Positions 1 through 9,498 of a DNA stretch of 40,000 bases are shown one piece after another. The translations under genes and the position numbers were made by a program. Below the pieces are notes generated by a model. That model worked only from the letters and a program-made list of their open reading frames with translations, made no database searches and was not told the DNA's origin. How positions within the stretch are numbered: the stretch's first letter is position 1; each line of letters opens with the position of its first letter. The stretch is taken from the NCBI RefSeq assembly GCF_055378805.1, contig NZ_AP041107.1. The stretch is one strand, 5' to 3'.

Positions 1-264
1 CTTTTTTTATCGCGTTATTTATTTGCTGCTAAGTATCAGAAATAAGATAAAGGGGCAGGTTATCCCTCGTCAGTTTGATAAACTCACCGCCGTAATTCTC
101 ATATTGATATAGAAATGTGATATCTCTTCCATAATTTCATTAGAAAGTGATAAAAATCTTATGTTTTTATCAAAGCCAATTTCGCCTGAGTTAATATCAT
201 CATGATCTATGAACCATCAACGTCTTCAATGATCGACTTTTAAGTAAGTCTGGAAGGTAAAGCT

Positions 265-2043
265 ATGGAGCTTGCTACTACGCAGTCAGTATTGATGCAA
301 ATTCAACCGACAATTCAGCGTTTTGCCAGAATGCTTGCCAGCGTTTTGCAGCTTGAGGTTGAGATCGTTGATGAAAACTTGTGTCGCGTCGCCGGAACGG
401 GCGCGTATGGGAAGTTTCTTGGTCGCCAGTTGAGCGGCAACTCACGCCTGCTCCGCCACGTCCTGGAAACGAAAACTGAAAAAGTTGTGACACAGTCTCG
501 CTTCGATCCCCTTTGTGAAGGTTGCGATAGTAAAGAAAATTGCCGCGAAAAAGCATTTCTGGGTACGCCTGTCATTTTACAGGATCGTTGTGTTGGGGTG
601 ATAAGTTTGATTGCCGTTACCCACGAGCAACAAGAGCATATCAGTGATAATTTACGCGAATTTTCTGATTATGTTCGCCATATATCCACCATTTTTGTTT
701 CGAAACTTCTGGAGGATCAGGGGCCAGGAGATAACATCAGTAAAATATTCGCGACCATGATCGATAATATGGATCAGGGCGTATTAGTTGTTGATGATGA
801 AAGTCGGGTTCAGTTTGTTAATCAGACTGCCTTAAAAACACTTGGTGTTGTACAAAATAATATTATTGGGAAACCTATCCGTTTCAGACCATTAACATTT
901 GAGAGTAATTTTACCCATGGACATATGCAGCATATTGTTTCGTGGGACGATAAAAGTGAATTAATCATTGGTCAATTGCATAACATTCAGGGCCGACAAT
1001 TATTTTTAATGGCGTTTCACCAATCGCATACCAGTTTTTCTGTAGCAAATGCACCTGATGAACCGCATATTGAACAATTGGTTGGCGAGTGCCGTGTTAT
1101 GCGGCAATTAAAACGACTCATTAGCCGTATTGCACCCAGCCCATCCAGCGTTATGGTGGTTGGTGAAAGCGGCACGGGTAAAGAAGTTGTCGCCCGTGCA
1201 ATCCATAAGTTGAGCGGAAGACGGAATAAACCCTTTATTGCTATCAACTGTGCCGCGATTCCGGAGCAGCTTCTGGAGAGCGAACTGTTCGGTTATGTTA
1301 AAGGCGCATTTACTGGCGCTTCTGCCAACGGTAAAACAGGGTTGATTCAGGCGGCGAATACGGGCACGCTGTTTCTCGATGAAATAGGTGATATGCCATT
1401 AATGTTGCAGGCTAAATTACTGCGCGCTATTGAGGCGCGTGAAATTCTGCCGATTGGTGCCAGTAGCCCAATACAAGTCGACATTCGCATCATTTCTGCA
1501 ACTAACCAGAATTTGGCCCAGTTCATTGCCGAAGGTAAATTCCGCGAAGATCTCTTCTACCGACTTAATGTTATCCCGATAACTCTGCCACCGCTGCGTG
1601 AACGTCAGGAAGATATTGAACTACTGGTGCATTACTTTTTACATCTGCATACCCGTCGTCTGGGATCGGTTTATCCTGGCATTGCTCCCGATGTCGTCGA
1701 AATATTGCGTAAGCATCGTTGGCCCGGAAACCTGCGCGAGTTAAGCAATTTGATGGAATATCTGGTTAACGTTGTTCCTTCAGGTGAAGTTATCGACAGC
1801 ACGCTATTGCCACCAAATCTGCTGAATAATGGCACAACGGAGCAAAGTGATGTAACAGAGGTCAGCGAGGCGCACCTGGCACTCGATGATGCGGGCGGCA
1901 CGGCGCTGGAGGAGATGGAAAAGCAAATGATCCGCGAGGCGCTTTCACGTCATAACAGCAAGAAGCAAGTTGCTGATGAACTGGGCATCGGCATTGCTAC
2001 GCTCTATCGCAAGATTAAGAAATATGAGTTGTTAAACACATAA
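265..2043 (+). CDS. ygeV: sigma-54-dependent transcriptional activator (enhancer-binding protein)
   Basis: 592-aa ORF. AAA+ Walker A GESGTGKE, sigma-54 contact motif GAFTGA (VKGAFTGAS), C-terminal Fis-type HTH (IATLYRKIKKYEL), central PAS-like segment, no receiver domain. Its position next to xdhCBA matches the K-12 order as I recall it. Confidence 0.9.
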   Translation: MELATTQSVLMQIQPTIQRFARMLASVLQLEVEIVDENLCRVAGTGAYGKFLGRQLSGNSRLLRHVLETKTEKVVTQSRFDPLCEGCDSKENCREKAFLGTPVILQDRCVGVISLIAVTHEQQEHISDNLREFSDYVRHISTIFVSKLLEDQGPGDNISKIFATMIDNMDQGVLVVDDESRVQFVNQTALKTLGVVQNNIIGKPIRFRPLTFESNFTHGHMQHIVSWDDKSELIIGQLHNIQGRQLFLMAFHQSHTSFSVANAPDEPHIEQLVGECRVMRQLKRLISRIAPSPSSVMVVGESGTGKEVVARAIHKLSGRRNKPFIAINCAAIPEQLLESELFGYVKGAFTGASANGKTGLIQAANTGTLFLDEIGDMPLMLQAKLLRAIEAREILPIGASSPIQVDIRIISATNQNLAQFIAEGKFREDLFYRLNVIPITLPPLRERQEDIELLVHYFLHLHTRRLGSVYPGIAPDVVEILRKHRWPGNLRELSNLMEYLVNVVPSGEVIDSTLLPPNLLNNGTTEQSDVTEVSEAHLALDDAGGTALEEMEKQMIREALSRHNSKKQVADELGIGIATLYRKIKKYELLNT

Positions 2044-2052
2044 CCTCAGTGA

Positions 2053-2076
2053 ATCCGGCCTGAATTCAGGCCGGAT
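2053..2076. terminator. bidirectional hairpin between convergent ygeV and xdhC
   Basis: Perfect 24-nt palindrome ATCCGGCCTGAATTCAGGCCGGAT located 10 nt after the ygeV stop, followed by CCTTTTAC. Confidence 0.6.
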
Positions 2077-2082
2077 ATCCTT

Positions 2083-2562
2083 TTACTTCGTTTTCTCGCA
2101 ATCCAGAACTGTATTTACAATCATCTGATACCCCGTGCAGCGACAAAGATTTCCTGCCAGTCCGCGACGAATTTCCGTAATGGTTAATGGCTTCTCGCGT
2201 GGTTTCGCCAGCATTGCTGTGGTAGCCATAATCAGGCCAGGCGTACAAAACCCGCACTGCACTGCGCCGGATTTCGCATAAGCCTGCTGAACATGAGAAA
2301 GTTTTCCGCCTTTCGCTTCACCTTCCAGCGTGCGGATCTCTTTTCCTTCAGCCCAGGCGGCAAGGTATAAGCAACTGTCTATTGCTGTGCCGTCGACCAG
2401 CACCGTACAGGCACCACATTCACCCACGCAGCACCCTTGTTTGACACTTAGCAGTCCTTGTTCGCGGAGTAATTCCGAGAGCGGCGTGCCTGGTGCGGCG
2501 TGAAGCTGAAAAGGGATCCCGTTAATGGCGCATTCGATGGTAATTGTTTCGCTGTGATTCAT
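2083..2562 (-). CDS. xdhC: xanthine dehydrogenase, [2Fe-2S] iron-sulfur subunit
   Basis: 159-aa ORF with two 2Fe-2S cysteine clusters ([11 protein letters not shown]; CGFCTPG...CRCTGY). Its ATGA start/stop overlap with xdhB indicates an operon. Confidence 0.9.
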   Translation of the reverse strand: MNHSETITIECAINGIPFQLHAAPGTPLSELLREQGLLSVKQGCCVGECGACTVLVDGTAIDSCLYLAAWAEGKEIRTLEGEAKGGKLSHVQQAYAKSGAVQCGFCTPGLIMATTAMLAKPREKPLTITEIRRGLAGNLCRCTGYQMIVNTVLDCEKTK

Positions 2563-3437
2563 TGCAATTTTCCCCCCGCCGCGGCGACGGCTTCGCTAAT
2601 CACTTTTTTGGTCATCGTCTGGATGAGATGCAGACGAAACTCTTTACTGGCCCGCCATGAAGAACGCGGGGCGACATCTTGCAGGACAGATTCGCTGATA
2701 GCTTCCAGCGTTTGCAGGTTTAATGGCGCATTTTGTGCAGTCTGTTCGGCATGTTGGCAGCGAATCGGCGTTGGCGCGGCAACACCAAATGCCAGACGTA
2801 ATTCGCTGAAATTGCCGTTATCCAGTCGGCAATGTGCGGCGCAGCCAATCGTTGAAATATCCATTGCGTCGCGCATGGCATATTTAAAATGCGCGCTGCC
2901 CGCGTGTTCTTTCGGCTGGGGCGGAAAATGAAAGGCGACAAGGATTTCGTCATGCTCAAGAGACACTTTGCCCGGCCCAGTGTGAAAGCCATTAATCGGG
3001 ACGAAACGAACACCGCGCGGGGAGTGAATCTCCAGTTTCGCGTCATAAATTAGCGTTGGCGTGGCAGAATCTGCGCTGGTAGCACCGTTGCAAATATTTC
3101 CACCGTAGGTAGCGACGTTACGGATCTGCGGTCCGGCAATGGATGAGGCCGCAGCACATAACGCTGGGAGATGACGTTGAGTTACAGGATCTTCAATGAG
3201 CTGGGTAAATGTCGTTGCAGAGCCGATACGTAGTGAGCCATCTTCCGCCAGCGTAATTCCCCGCAGCTCCACCAGATTATGAATATCAACAATATGGCGA
3301 TAACGGTCATTGTGATGGTGGAGCTGAATCAGTACGTCAGTGCCACCGGCGAGCAGTTTGGCCTGCGGGTTGTCAGCCAGCAGGTTGATGGCATCGGCAA
3401 GGGTTGCTGCGCGATGGTAAGAAGCAAAATCAAACAT
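2559..3437 (-). CDS. xdhB: xanthine dehydrogenase, FAD-binding subunit
   Basis: 292-aa ORF. CO-dehydrogenase/XDH medium-subunit type FAD motif ([22 protein letters not shown]). Lies between the molybdopterin and Fe-S subunits. Confidence 0.9.
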   Translation of the reverse strand: MFDFASYHRAATLADAINLLADNPQAKLLAGGTDVLIQLHHHNDRYRHIVDIHNLVELRGITLAEDGSLRIGSATTFTQLIEDPVTQRHLPALCAAASSIAGPQIRNVATYGGNICNGATSADSATPTLIYDAKLEIHSPRGVRFVPINGFHTGPGKVSLEHDEILVAFHFPPQPKEHAGSAHFKYAMRDAMDISTIGCAAHCRLDNGNFSELRLAFGVAAPTPIRCQHAEQTAQNAPLNLQTLEAISESVLQDVAPRSSWRASKEFRLHLIQTMTKKVISEAVAAAGGKLQ

Positions 3438-3447
3438 GATGTTATCC

Positions 3448-5706
3448 TCAAATCAATCCTGCCAGATGGAACTCTTCATATAACCGTTTTGGCGTCAGCG
3501 GCAGTGTATTGATTGCAACACCGGTAGCCATCTTCACCGCGTTACGAATAGCAGCGGCAACAGGAATTATTGGTGGCTCACCCAGTGACTTATGTCCGTA
3601 TGCGGATTGCGGCTCATTGATTTCGACGAACGCGCTTTCCAGTTGTGGCAGATCCGGCATGGTCGGCATTTTGTAATCCAGCAGGTTGGGGTTACGGACC
3701 ACGCCGCTTTTCGCATCAATGATCATCTCTTCAAATAGCGCCCAGCCAATGCCCATTCCCATTCCGCCGTGTACCTGACCTTCTGCCAGTAGCGGATTAA
3801 GAATATGGCCCGAATCATGAACGTTGAGGATGCGGTTGATGGTGACTTTGCACAGCGCAATATCGATCGTCAGATCAACAAAGGTACAGCCAAACGCTGG
3901 TGGGTTAGTGGTGGTTTTGATGGAGCTTTCGGCAGAGAGCTGCCCACCGCGTTCAGGGTGGTAGAAAGCGTCCATCGCCAAATCTTTTAACGACATTAAC
4001 GGCTCTTCCGGTCGTTCAACCAGCACGATATGGCCTTTTATCAAGGTAAGATTCATCGCTGACTGATGTAGCATGACAGCGGCGTGAGCGATGATTTTCT
4101 CTTTTAATAACAGTGCCGCACTGCGCAGCGCGGGCGCGGCAACATAGCTCTGGCGCGAGGCAAATGCACCGGGATCGAACGGCGTAACGTCGGTATCTTG
4201 TGTTGAAATAACGCGAACGTCGCTGACCGGAACCCCCACGGTTTCTGCCACCATTTGCGAGAACACGGTGTCGGCACCCTGGCCGATTTCCGTGGCACCA
4301 CTCTGTACGTTGATGGTTCCATCCTGATTCATCAACAGGCGCGCGCCAGCAATTTCTACGCCGACAGGCCAGGTGTTAGAGGTGTAGCTAAAACAGGCGA
4401 CGCCAACGCCGCGGCGTAAATTGCCTTGCTGGTTCTGGCATTCTGCACGGCGTTTTTCCCATTCAAAGATTTTCCGGCCTTTTTCAAGACACTCCGGCAA
4501 CCCTGCGCTGTAAATACGTTTGCCCGAGAGCGGATTAGCATCTCCTTCGCGGGCGGCGTTGCGTAAACGAATTTCAACAGGATCAATACCTAACGCTGTC
4601 GCGGCGTCATCAAGCATAGACTCAACGGCAAATACGACTTGTGGCGCGCCATAACCACGCATCGCACCAGCCGAGGGGAGGTTGGTATAGCAGGTCTTTG
4701 AACTGTAAGCGTAGGCACAACGAGGATAAAGGTAAGCGACTTTATTCCCCCCTGCAGAAGCGATGGAGTGCCCGTGAGATGCATAAGCGCCGGTGTTAGA
4801 CAGAACATCCAGACTATAACCTTTCAATGTTCCGTCGCGGTTCACGCCCATTTGCCCGTCAATAGTAAAAGCGTGGCGGGTACGGGTTGCGAGGAAACAC
4901 TCTTCACGGCTAAGGGAAACTTTCACCGGAATGCCGCCAAGCTTGCTGGTCAGGAATGCTGCCATTGGCTCTTCCAGTACATCCTGTTTATTACCAAAAC
5001 CGCCACCGACAAACGGTTTGATGACTCGTACGCATGACCAGGGAATATTCAGCGCCTGACCAACCACACGGCGAACAATGTGCGGGATCTGGGTGCTGGA
5101 AACGATGGTAATTCGCGAGTCATCCTCCATCCATGCCAGCGATGTCACGCTTTCCATGTGACAATGTTGAATGACCGGCGTCTGATAGTGCCCCTGTACC
5201 TGGTAGTCGGCGGCATCGATTGTTTGTTGGACATTGCCCGTCGTCATCGTGCTTTGTTTTAGTAAATTGCCGCCATTATGGATTGGTTCAGCGTCATCAG
5301 CCAGCGCCGCTTCTGGGGTGGTGATAACGGGTAATTCTTGCCACTCAATGCTGACCAATTGCGCCGCTTTTTCTGCCGTGAGTTCATCACGGGCCACGAC
5401 GATGGCAACGGCGTCACCATGGTGACGAACATGGCGAGTTAGCAGGGCACGATCGGCGGTATCGCGCTTGTTTTCGTCAAGTGTCCAGGCATGCCCAGCT
5501 GTAGCGAATGGGATATCAGGCACATCTTCCCAGGTAAAAATCGCCAGTACGCCCGGTAAACTTCTGGCTTGTTCATCATTAATACTTACGGCATAACCAT
5601 GTGCGATAGGGCTACGTACATATTTCGCGTAACACATGCCCGCCATAACATAATCGTCAGTATATCGTGCCCGCCCGGTGACCTTAGCAATGGCATCTAC
5701 GCGCAT
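3448..5706 (-). CDS. xdhA: xanthine dehydrogenase, molybdopterin-binding large subunit
   Basis: The ORF-track frame is 765 aa. I place the start at the internal ATG (MRVDAIAKVTGRARY...), preceded by AGGTGA, which gives 752 aa. It shows typical aldehyde oxidase/XDH large-subunit motifs (GGGFGNK, RGYGAPQ). Confidence 0.9.
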   Translation of the reverse strand: MRVDAIAKVTGRARYTDDYVMAGMCYAKYVRSPIAHGYAVSINDEQARSLPGVLAIFTWEDVPDIPFATAGHAWTLDENKRDTADRALLTRHVRHHGDAVAIVVARDELTAEKAAQLVSIEWQELPVITTPEAALADDAEPIHNGGNLLKQSTMTTGNVQQTIDAADYQVQGHYQTPVIQHCHMESVTSLAWMEDDSRITIVSSTQIPHIVRRVVGQALNIPWSCVRVIKPFVGGGFGNKQDVLEEPMAAFLTSKLGGIPVKVSLSREECFLATRTRHAFTIDGQMGVNRDGTLKGYSLDVLSNTGAYASHGHSIASAGGNKVAYLYPRCAYAYSSKTCYTNLPSAGAMRGYGAPQVVFAVESMLDDAATALGIDPVEIRLRNAAREGDANPLSGKRIYSAGLPECLEKGRKIFEWEKRRAECQNQQGNLRRGVGVACFSYTSNTWPVGVEIAGARLLMNQDGTINVQSGATEIGQGADTVFSQMVAETVGVPVSDVRVISTQDTDVTPFDPGAFASRQSYVAAPALRSAALLLKEKIIAHAAVMLHQSAMNLTLIKGHIVLVERPEEPLMSLKDLAMDAFYHPERGGQLSAESSIKTTTNPPAFGCTFVDLTIDIALCKVTINRILNVHDSGHILNPLLAEGQVHGGMGMGIGWALFEEMIIDAKSGVVRNPNLLDYKMPTMPDLPQLESAFVEINEPQSAYGHKSLGEPPIIPVAAAIRNAVKMATGVAINTLPLTPKRLYEEFHLAGLI

Positions 5707-6160
5707 GCATGATTCACCTGTAGCGGTTGCTTCCCGCGCTTCCATAGAAATCCCCTCGATTTGAACATTTGGTTCTTATGGCAAAGATTTAGTCTAAGCA
5801 GGCAAGATTTACGCCAGAAACGACGATAAGCGTTAAGGGAGGAAGGAAGTGTGATGATGTTAAAAAAACACAGATATGATACGAAACAGGACCCTGAATA
5901 GGGGCAGTGATACGTATCAATATGAGTGGCGATAAAATCAATGTGATAAATCAGGATTATTACGCATCAGGATGGGAAATAGGGTAAAAAAGTCAGGAAA
6001 TTCGATACCTCTGCAGCGAATATTTTGCTGATGATACTTCCCTTTGCCAAATGAAATTAACCTCTTTCTCTATTACCGCGTTTTTCCAGAAGCAAGAGAT
6101 TGGGTATCCAGAGGCTGGCTGCTATGATATGGCGTCTTGTTTTTTAAGCGAGGAAAGATT

Positions 6161-6913
6161 TTGAGTGCGGGACGCCTGAATAAAAAATCTCTGGGTATCG
6201 TGATGTTGTTATCGGTTGGACTGCTTTTGGCGGGCTGCTCGGGTAGCAAATCATCCGATACAGGAACGTATTCCGGCTCCGTTTACACCGTGAAACGGGG
6301 GGATACGCTATATCGTATTTCGCGCACCACGGGAACCAGCGTAAAAGAGCTGGCGCGACTGAACGGCATTTCCCCCCCTTACACCATTGAAGTTGGTCAG
6401 AAACTAAAACTGGGTGGGGCGAAAAGTAGCAGTACACGTAAATCAACCGCCAAATCAACGACCAAAACCGCATCGGTTACACCGTCATCAGCAGTACCGA
6501 AATCTTCCTGGCCGCCAGTAGGGCAACGTTGTTGGTTATGGCCAACGACAGGGAAAGTTATCATGCCGTATTCGACAGCTGATGGCGGCAATAAAGGGAT
6601 TGATATCTCAGCTCCACGGGGTACACCTATTTACGCCGCGGGTGCAGGAAAGGTGGTGTATGTGGGCAACCAGCTGCGTGGCTACGGTAATCTCATCATG
6701 ATTAAACACAGTGAAGATTACATTACGGCTTACGCCCATAATGACACGATGCTGGTAAATAATGGGCAAAGCGTGAAGGCTGGGCAAAAAATCGCCACTA
6801 TGGGGAGCACTGATGCGGCATCGGTTCGCCTGCATTTCCAGATTCGTTACCGTGCTACGGCAATTGATCCGCTGCGTTACTTGCCGCCTCAGGGCAGCAA
6901 GCCAAAATGCTGA
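6161..6913 (+). CDS. ygeR: LysM-domain, degenerate LytM (M23-like) lipoprotein
   Basis: TTG start at 6161 sits behind GAGGAAAG. The lipobox is LLLAGC|SG and the LysM segment is YTVKRGDTLYRISR...VGQKL. In the C-terminal M23 fold the Zn ligands are replaced (NKGIDI instead of HxxxD; RLHF instead of HxH), consistent with a non-catalytic dLytM factor. Confidence 0.85.
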   Translation: MSAGRLNKKSLGIVMLLSVGLLLAGCSGSKSSDTGTYSGSVYTVKRGDTLYRISRTTGTSVKELARLNGISPPYTIEVGQKLKLGGAKSSSTRKSTAKSTTKTASVTPSSAVPKSSWPPVGQRCWLWPTTGKVIMPYSTADGGNKGIDISAPRGTPIYAAGAGKVVYVGNQLRGYGNLIMIKHSEDYITAYAHNDTMLVNNGQSVKAGQKIATMGSTDAASVRLHFQIRYRATAIDPLRYLPPQGSKPKC

Positions 6914-6946
6914 TGGCGAATTAATCAGCAGTCAGCAGCGCGGCAC

Positions 6947-6974
6947 TTGCTAAGGAGAGCGTAAGGTTTATAAT
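6947..6974 (+). promoter_or_regulatory. candidate sigma-70 promoter of glyU
   Basis: TTGCTA (6947-6952), a 16-bp spacer, then a perfect TATAAT (6969-6974). The element ends 18 bp upstream of the mature tRNA 5' end. Confidence 0.55.
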
Positions 6975-6991
6975 GCCTTACGCATCTCGAA

Positions 6992-7065
6992 GCGGGCGTA
7001 GTTCAATGGTAGAACGAGAGCTTCCCAAGCTCTATACGAGGGTTCGATTCCCTTCGCCCGCTCCA
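6992..7065 (+). tRNA. glyU: tRNA-Gly (anticodon CCC)
   Basis: 74 nt from GCGGGCG to CGCCCGCTCCA. Acceptor stem 7/7 complementary, D-loop AGTTCAATGGTAGA, anticodon loop CTTCCCAAG, T-arm GGTTCGATTCC, encoded CCA end. Confidence 0.95.
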
Positions 7066-7297
7066 ATTTATCTTCACCTCATCAACCTGCCATTTTTGTT
7101 GTATCTGATTTTCTATATTATCTTAATTCAATCGCTTCAGACTTTTCGCAATCGCCGTAATACTTCCCCATTTTTTTGTAAATAAAAGCGTTTACGCAAT
7201 GCAATCCATTTGTAACAACCCAGGTAAAATACCTTATTTTCAAGTTGTTAAATAAGTGGTTATCTACGCTTTTAACAAACGATTGATGGAATCTTTT

Positions 7298-8908
7298 ATG
7301 AAAGGGAAATCTACATTAACTCTTCTGCTCGCTGGTATATTTTCATGCTGCACATGCCAGGCGACAGGGGCAGAAGTGACGAGTGAATCTGTATTTAACA
7401 TTCTTAATTCCACGGGGGCAGCAACTGATAAAAGTTATTTATCGTTAAATCCAGATAAGTATCCTAATTATCGTCTTCTGATTCACTCAGCCAAATTAAA
7501 AAATGAAATAAAGAGCCACTATACCAAAGACGAAATTCAAGGATTGTTAACATTAACAGAAAATACACGAAAGTTAACGTTGACGGAGAAACCATGGGGA
7601 ACATTTATTCTTGCTTCTACTTTCGAAGATGACAAAACAGCGGCAGAAACCCACTATGATGCTGTCTGGCTGAGGGATAGTTTATGGGGCTATATGGCAT
7701 TAGTATCAGATCAGGAAAATAGTGTAGCCGCAAAAAAGGTTCTGCTCACTCTGTGGGATTATATGTCTACGCCAGACCAGATTAAACGGATGCAGGACGT
7801 CATTAGCAACCCAAAACGACTGGATGGTATTCCTGGGCAAATGAATGCTGTGCATATCCGATTTGACAGCAACTCCCCCGTGATGGCAGATGTGCAGGAA
7901 GAAGGCAAGCCGCAGCTGTGGAACCATAAACAAAATGATGCGTTAGGTCTTTATCTTGATCTCCTTATACAAGCAATCGACACTGGTACTATTAACGCTG
8001 AAGATTGGCAAAAAGGTGACCGATTAAAATCGGTTGCGCTGCTGATTGCTTATCTGGATAAAGCCAATTTCTATGTTATGGAAGATTCCGGAGCGTGGGA
8101 AGAAGATGCCAGATTAAACACATCTTCCGTTGCACTGGTGACCTCTGGACTGGAACGTTTGTCGAACTTACTCTCGAAGAAAGACTCTGTTTTTGTCTCT
8201 GATTTACTACGCGAAGCTAAAGCTAATGAACTGGATGAACCACTTTCAACAACGAGGTTGAACCACCTCATAGATAAAGGTTATGAAAGAATAACGTTAC
8301 AGCTTGATTTAGGGGGAGAATCCCCAGGTTATCTGGAAAAAGATAAACATTACAGAGAAGCCGATGCGGCTTTACTTAATGTTATTTATCCTGCAAATCT
8401 TTCAAAGATAAATACCAGAAGAAAAGAGCAAGTTCTAAAAATAGTTAAAAAACTAGCAGGTCCGTATGGTATAAAAAGATACGAGAAGGATAATTATCAG
8501 TCGGCAAATTTTTGGTTCAATGATATTAAAACCGATACCGATCAAAATTCACATGCAAAAAGAGAAATGAGCTTCATTCCATCAACAGAAGCAGAATGGT
8601 TTTTTGACTCATGGTATGCAAAATCAGCAGCAATTGTTTATAAAGAATCAAGAAAAGAAGAGTATTTGAATGACTCAGTGCAATTTATGAATAGATCATT
8701 GGCCCAAATAACAGGCGAGAATATGATTGGTGCAAATGGCAGGAGCGTACCTGAAATGGCACTTCCCGAAAGCTATAACTATATCCACAAGTCAGGAACT
8801 TTGCATGAAGCGCCAAGCCCTATCATTCCGCTAAACTGGTCGAAAGCCTCAATGACTCTTATGTTGAAAGAAATGTCCAATCTTATCAATGATGAGGGAA
8901 TTAAATAG
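7298..8908 (+). CDS. secreted glycoside hydrolase family 15-like protein (glucoamylase/glucodextranase/trehalase-type)
   Basis: Long ORF with signal peptide MKGKSTLTLLLAGIFSCCTCQA|TG. GH15-like motifs are AVWLRDS and the acid-catalyst-like EDSGAWEED (compare DLWEE). The start is ambiguous (7256, 7286 or 7298). It probably corresponds to the truncated K-12 pseudogene ygeQ, from memory. Confidence 0.7.
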   Translation: MKGKSTLTLLLAGIFSCCTCQATGAEVTSESVFNILNSTGAATDKSYLSLNPDKYPNYRLLIHSAKLKNEIKSHYTKDEIQGLLTLTENTRKLTLTEKPWGTFILASTFEDDKTAAETHYDAVWLRDSLWGYMALVSDQENSVAAKKVLLTLWDYMSTPDQIKRMQDVISNPKRLDGIPGQMNAVHIRFDSNSPVMADVQEEGKPQLWNHKQNDALGLYLDLLIQAIDTGTINAEDWQKGDRLKSVALLIAYLDKANFYVMEDSGAWEEDARLNTSSVALVTSGLERLSNLLSKKDSVFVSDLLREAKANELDEPLSTTRLNHLIDKGYERITLQLDLGGESPGYLEKDKHYREADAALLNVIYPANLSKINTRRKEQVLKIVKKLAGPYGIKRYEKDNYQSANFWFNDIKTDTDQNSHAKREMSFIPSTEAEWFFDSWYAKSAAIVYKESRKEEYLNDSVQFMNRSLAQITGENMIGANGRSVPEMALPESYNYIHKSGTLHEAPSPIIPLNWSKASMTLMLKEMSNLINDEGIK

Positions 8909-8920
8909 TTTTCATAATGA

Positions 8921-8946
8921 AGCGGTCCTGGATTAAAAGGACCGCT
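8921..8946 (+). terminator. hairpin after the GH15-like gene (weak terminator or attenuator)
   Basis: AGCGGTCC (8921-8928) pairs with GGACCGCT (8939-8946) across a 10-nt loop. No T-tract follows, hence the low confidence. Confidence 0.3.
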
Positions 8947-8973
8947 CAAAGAGAAATCGTAAGGGAGGTAAAA

Positions 8974-9153
8974 GTGATCAATAAATTACTGTTAGCTTAC
9001 CTGATAGGTCTGGTTGTGACATCGACCTTAATATTTATCTTCTCGGAAGAAAAAGTAACATATCGGTTGTTTGCTGCAGTAATTACAGGGTTGACATGGC
9101 CGCTTAGCCTCATTCCATCCATCATAAGTCTCATGATTCGTAAATCCGACTAA
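8974..9153 (+). CDS. small two-helix membrane protein (59 aa), unknown function
   Basis: GTG at 8974 sits 5 nt after a strong SD, AAGGGAGGT. Two hydrophobic helices (LLLAYLIGLVVTSTLIFIF; LFAAVITGLTWPLSLIPSIISLMI). The alternative ATG at 8917 lies inside the upstream hairpin and has no SD. Confidence 0.45.
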   Translation: MINKLLLAYLIGLVVTSTLIFIFSEEKVTYRLFAAVITGLTWPLSLIPSIISLMIRKSD

Positions 9154-9498
9154 CAAGAAAATTATATGAACGATTAAGAAAAATAGAATCGGAAAAGAGA
9201 ATAAAATATATGCAGGGAGTAACAAAACACTCGCAGTGCGTTAATGTGTAACTAACAAATATGATTTTTATTGAAAATAGTCACCAAACAAGTGTTATAA
9301 GAAATACGGGGTATGTTTAAGTAAAACATATCAACAGTTGCAATTCTGTATATGGACAGGATGACGTACAAGTGTAAGTGGCTGATAGCTATTCGCTCAT
9401 AACAAAATCATTATTTTATAAATAGGAATCATCACTTTTTAATCATGTTTTTATTGCAAGTTTATGGAGAATGAGAATATGGAATAAGGAGATGAAAC

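Noticed and set aside
2500-3046. Antisense or overlapping ORFs in the xdh region (2500-2931 +, 2720-3046 -, 3279-3512 +, and many 60-90 aa ORFs inside xdhA).
   Set aside because: They lie entirely inside well-supported, motif-bearing xdh genes in GC-rich DNA, where long shadow ORFs are expected. They have no SD sequences or recognisable motifs.
5746-6136. Search for a sigma-54 (-24/-12) promoter upstream of xdhA that YgeV could drive.
   Set aside because: Only partial TGGCA-like strings were found (for example the reverse complement around 6040-6055), and the GG-to-GC spacing does not fit. Nothing is convincing by eye.
6973-7185. 70-aa ORF spanning glyU.
   Set aside because: It reads straight through the tRNA-Gly gene. 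Its 'protein' is simply the tRNA plus AT-rich downstream sequence translated.
9028-9225. 65-aa minus-strand ORF overlapping the small membrane-protein gene, and 10148-10432 (-) overlapping eivF/eivG.
   Set aside because: They are antisense to better-supported genes, lack an SD, and have low-complexity hydrophobic translations from AT-rich DNA.
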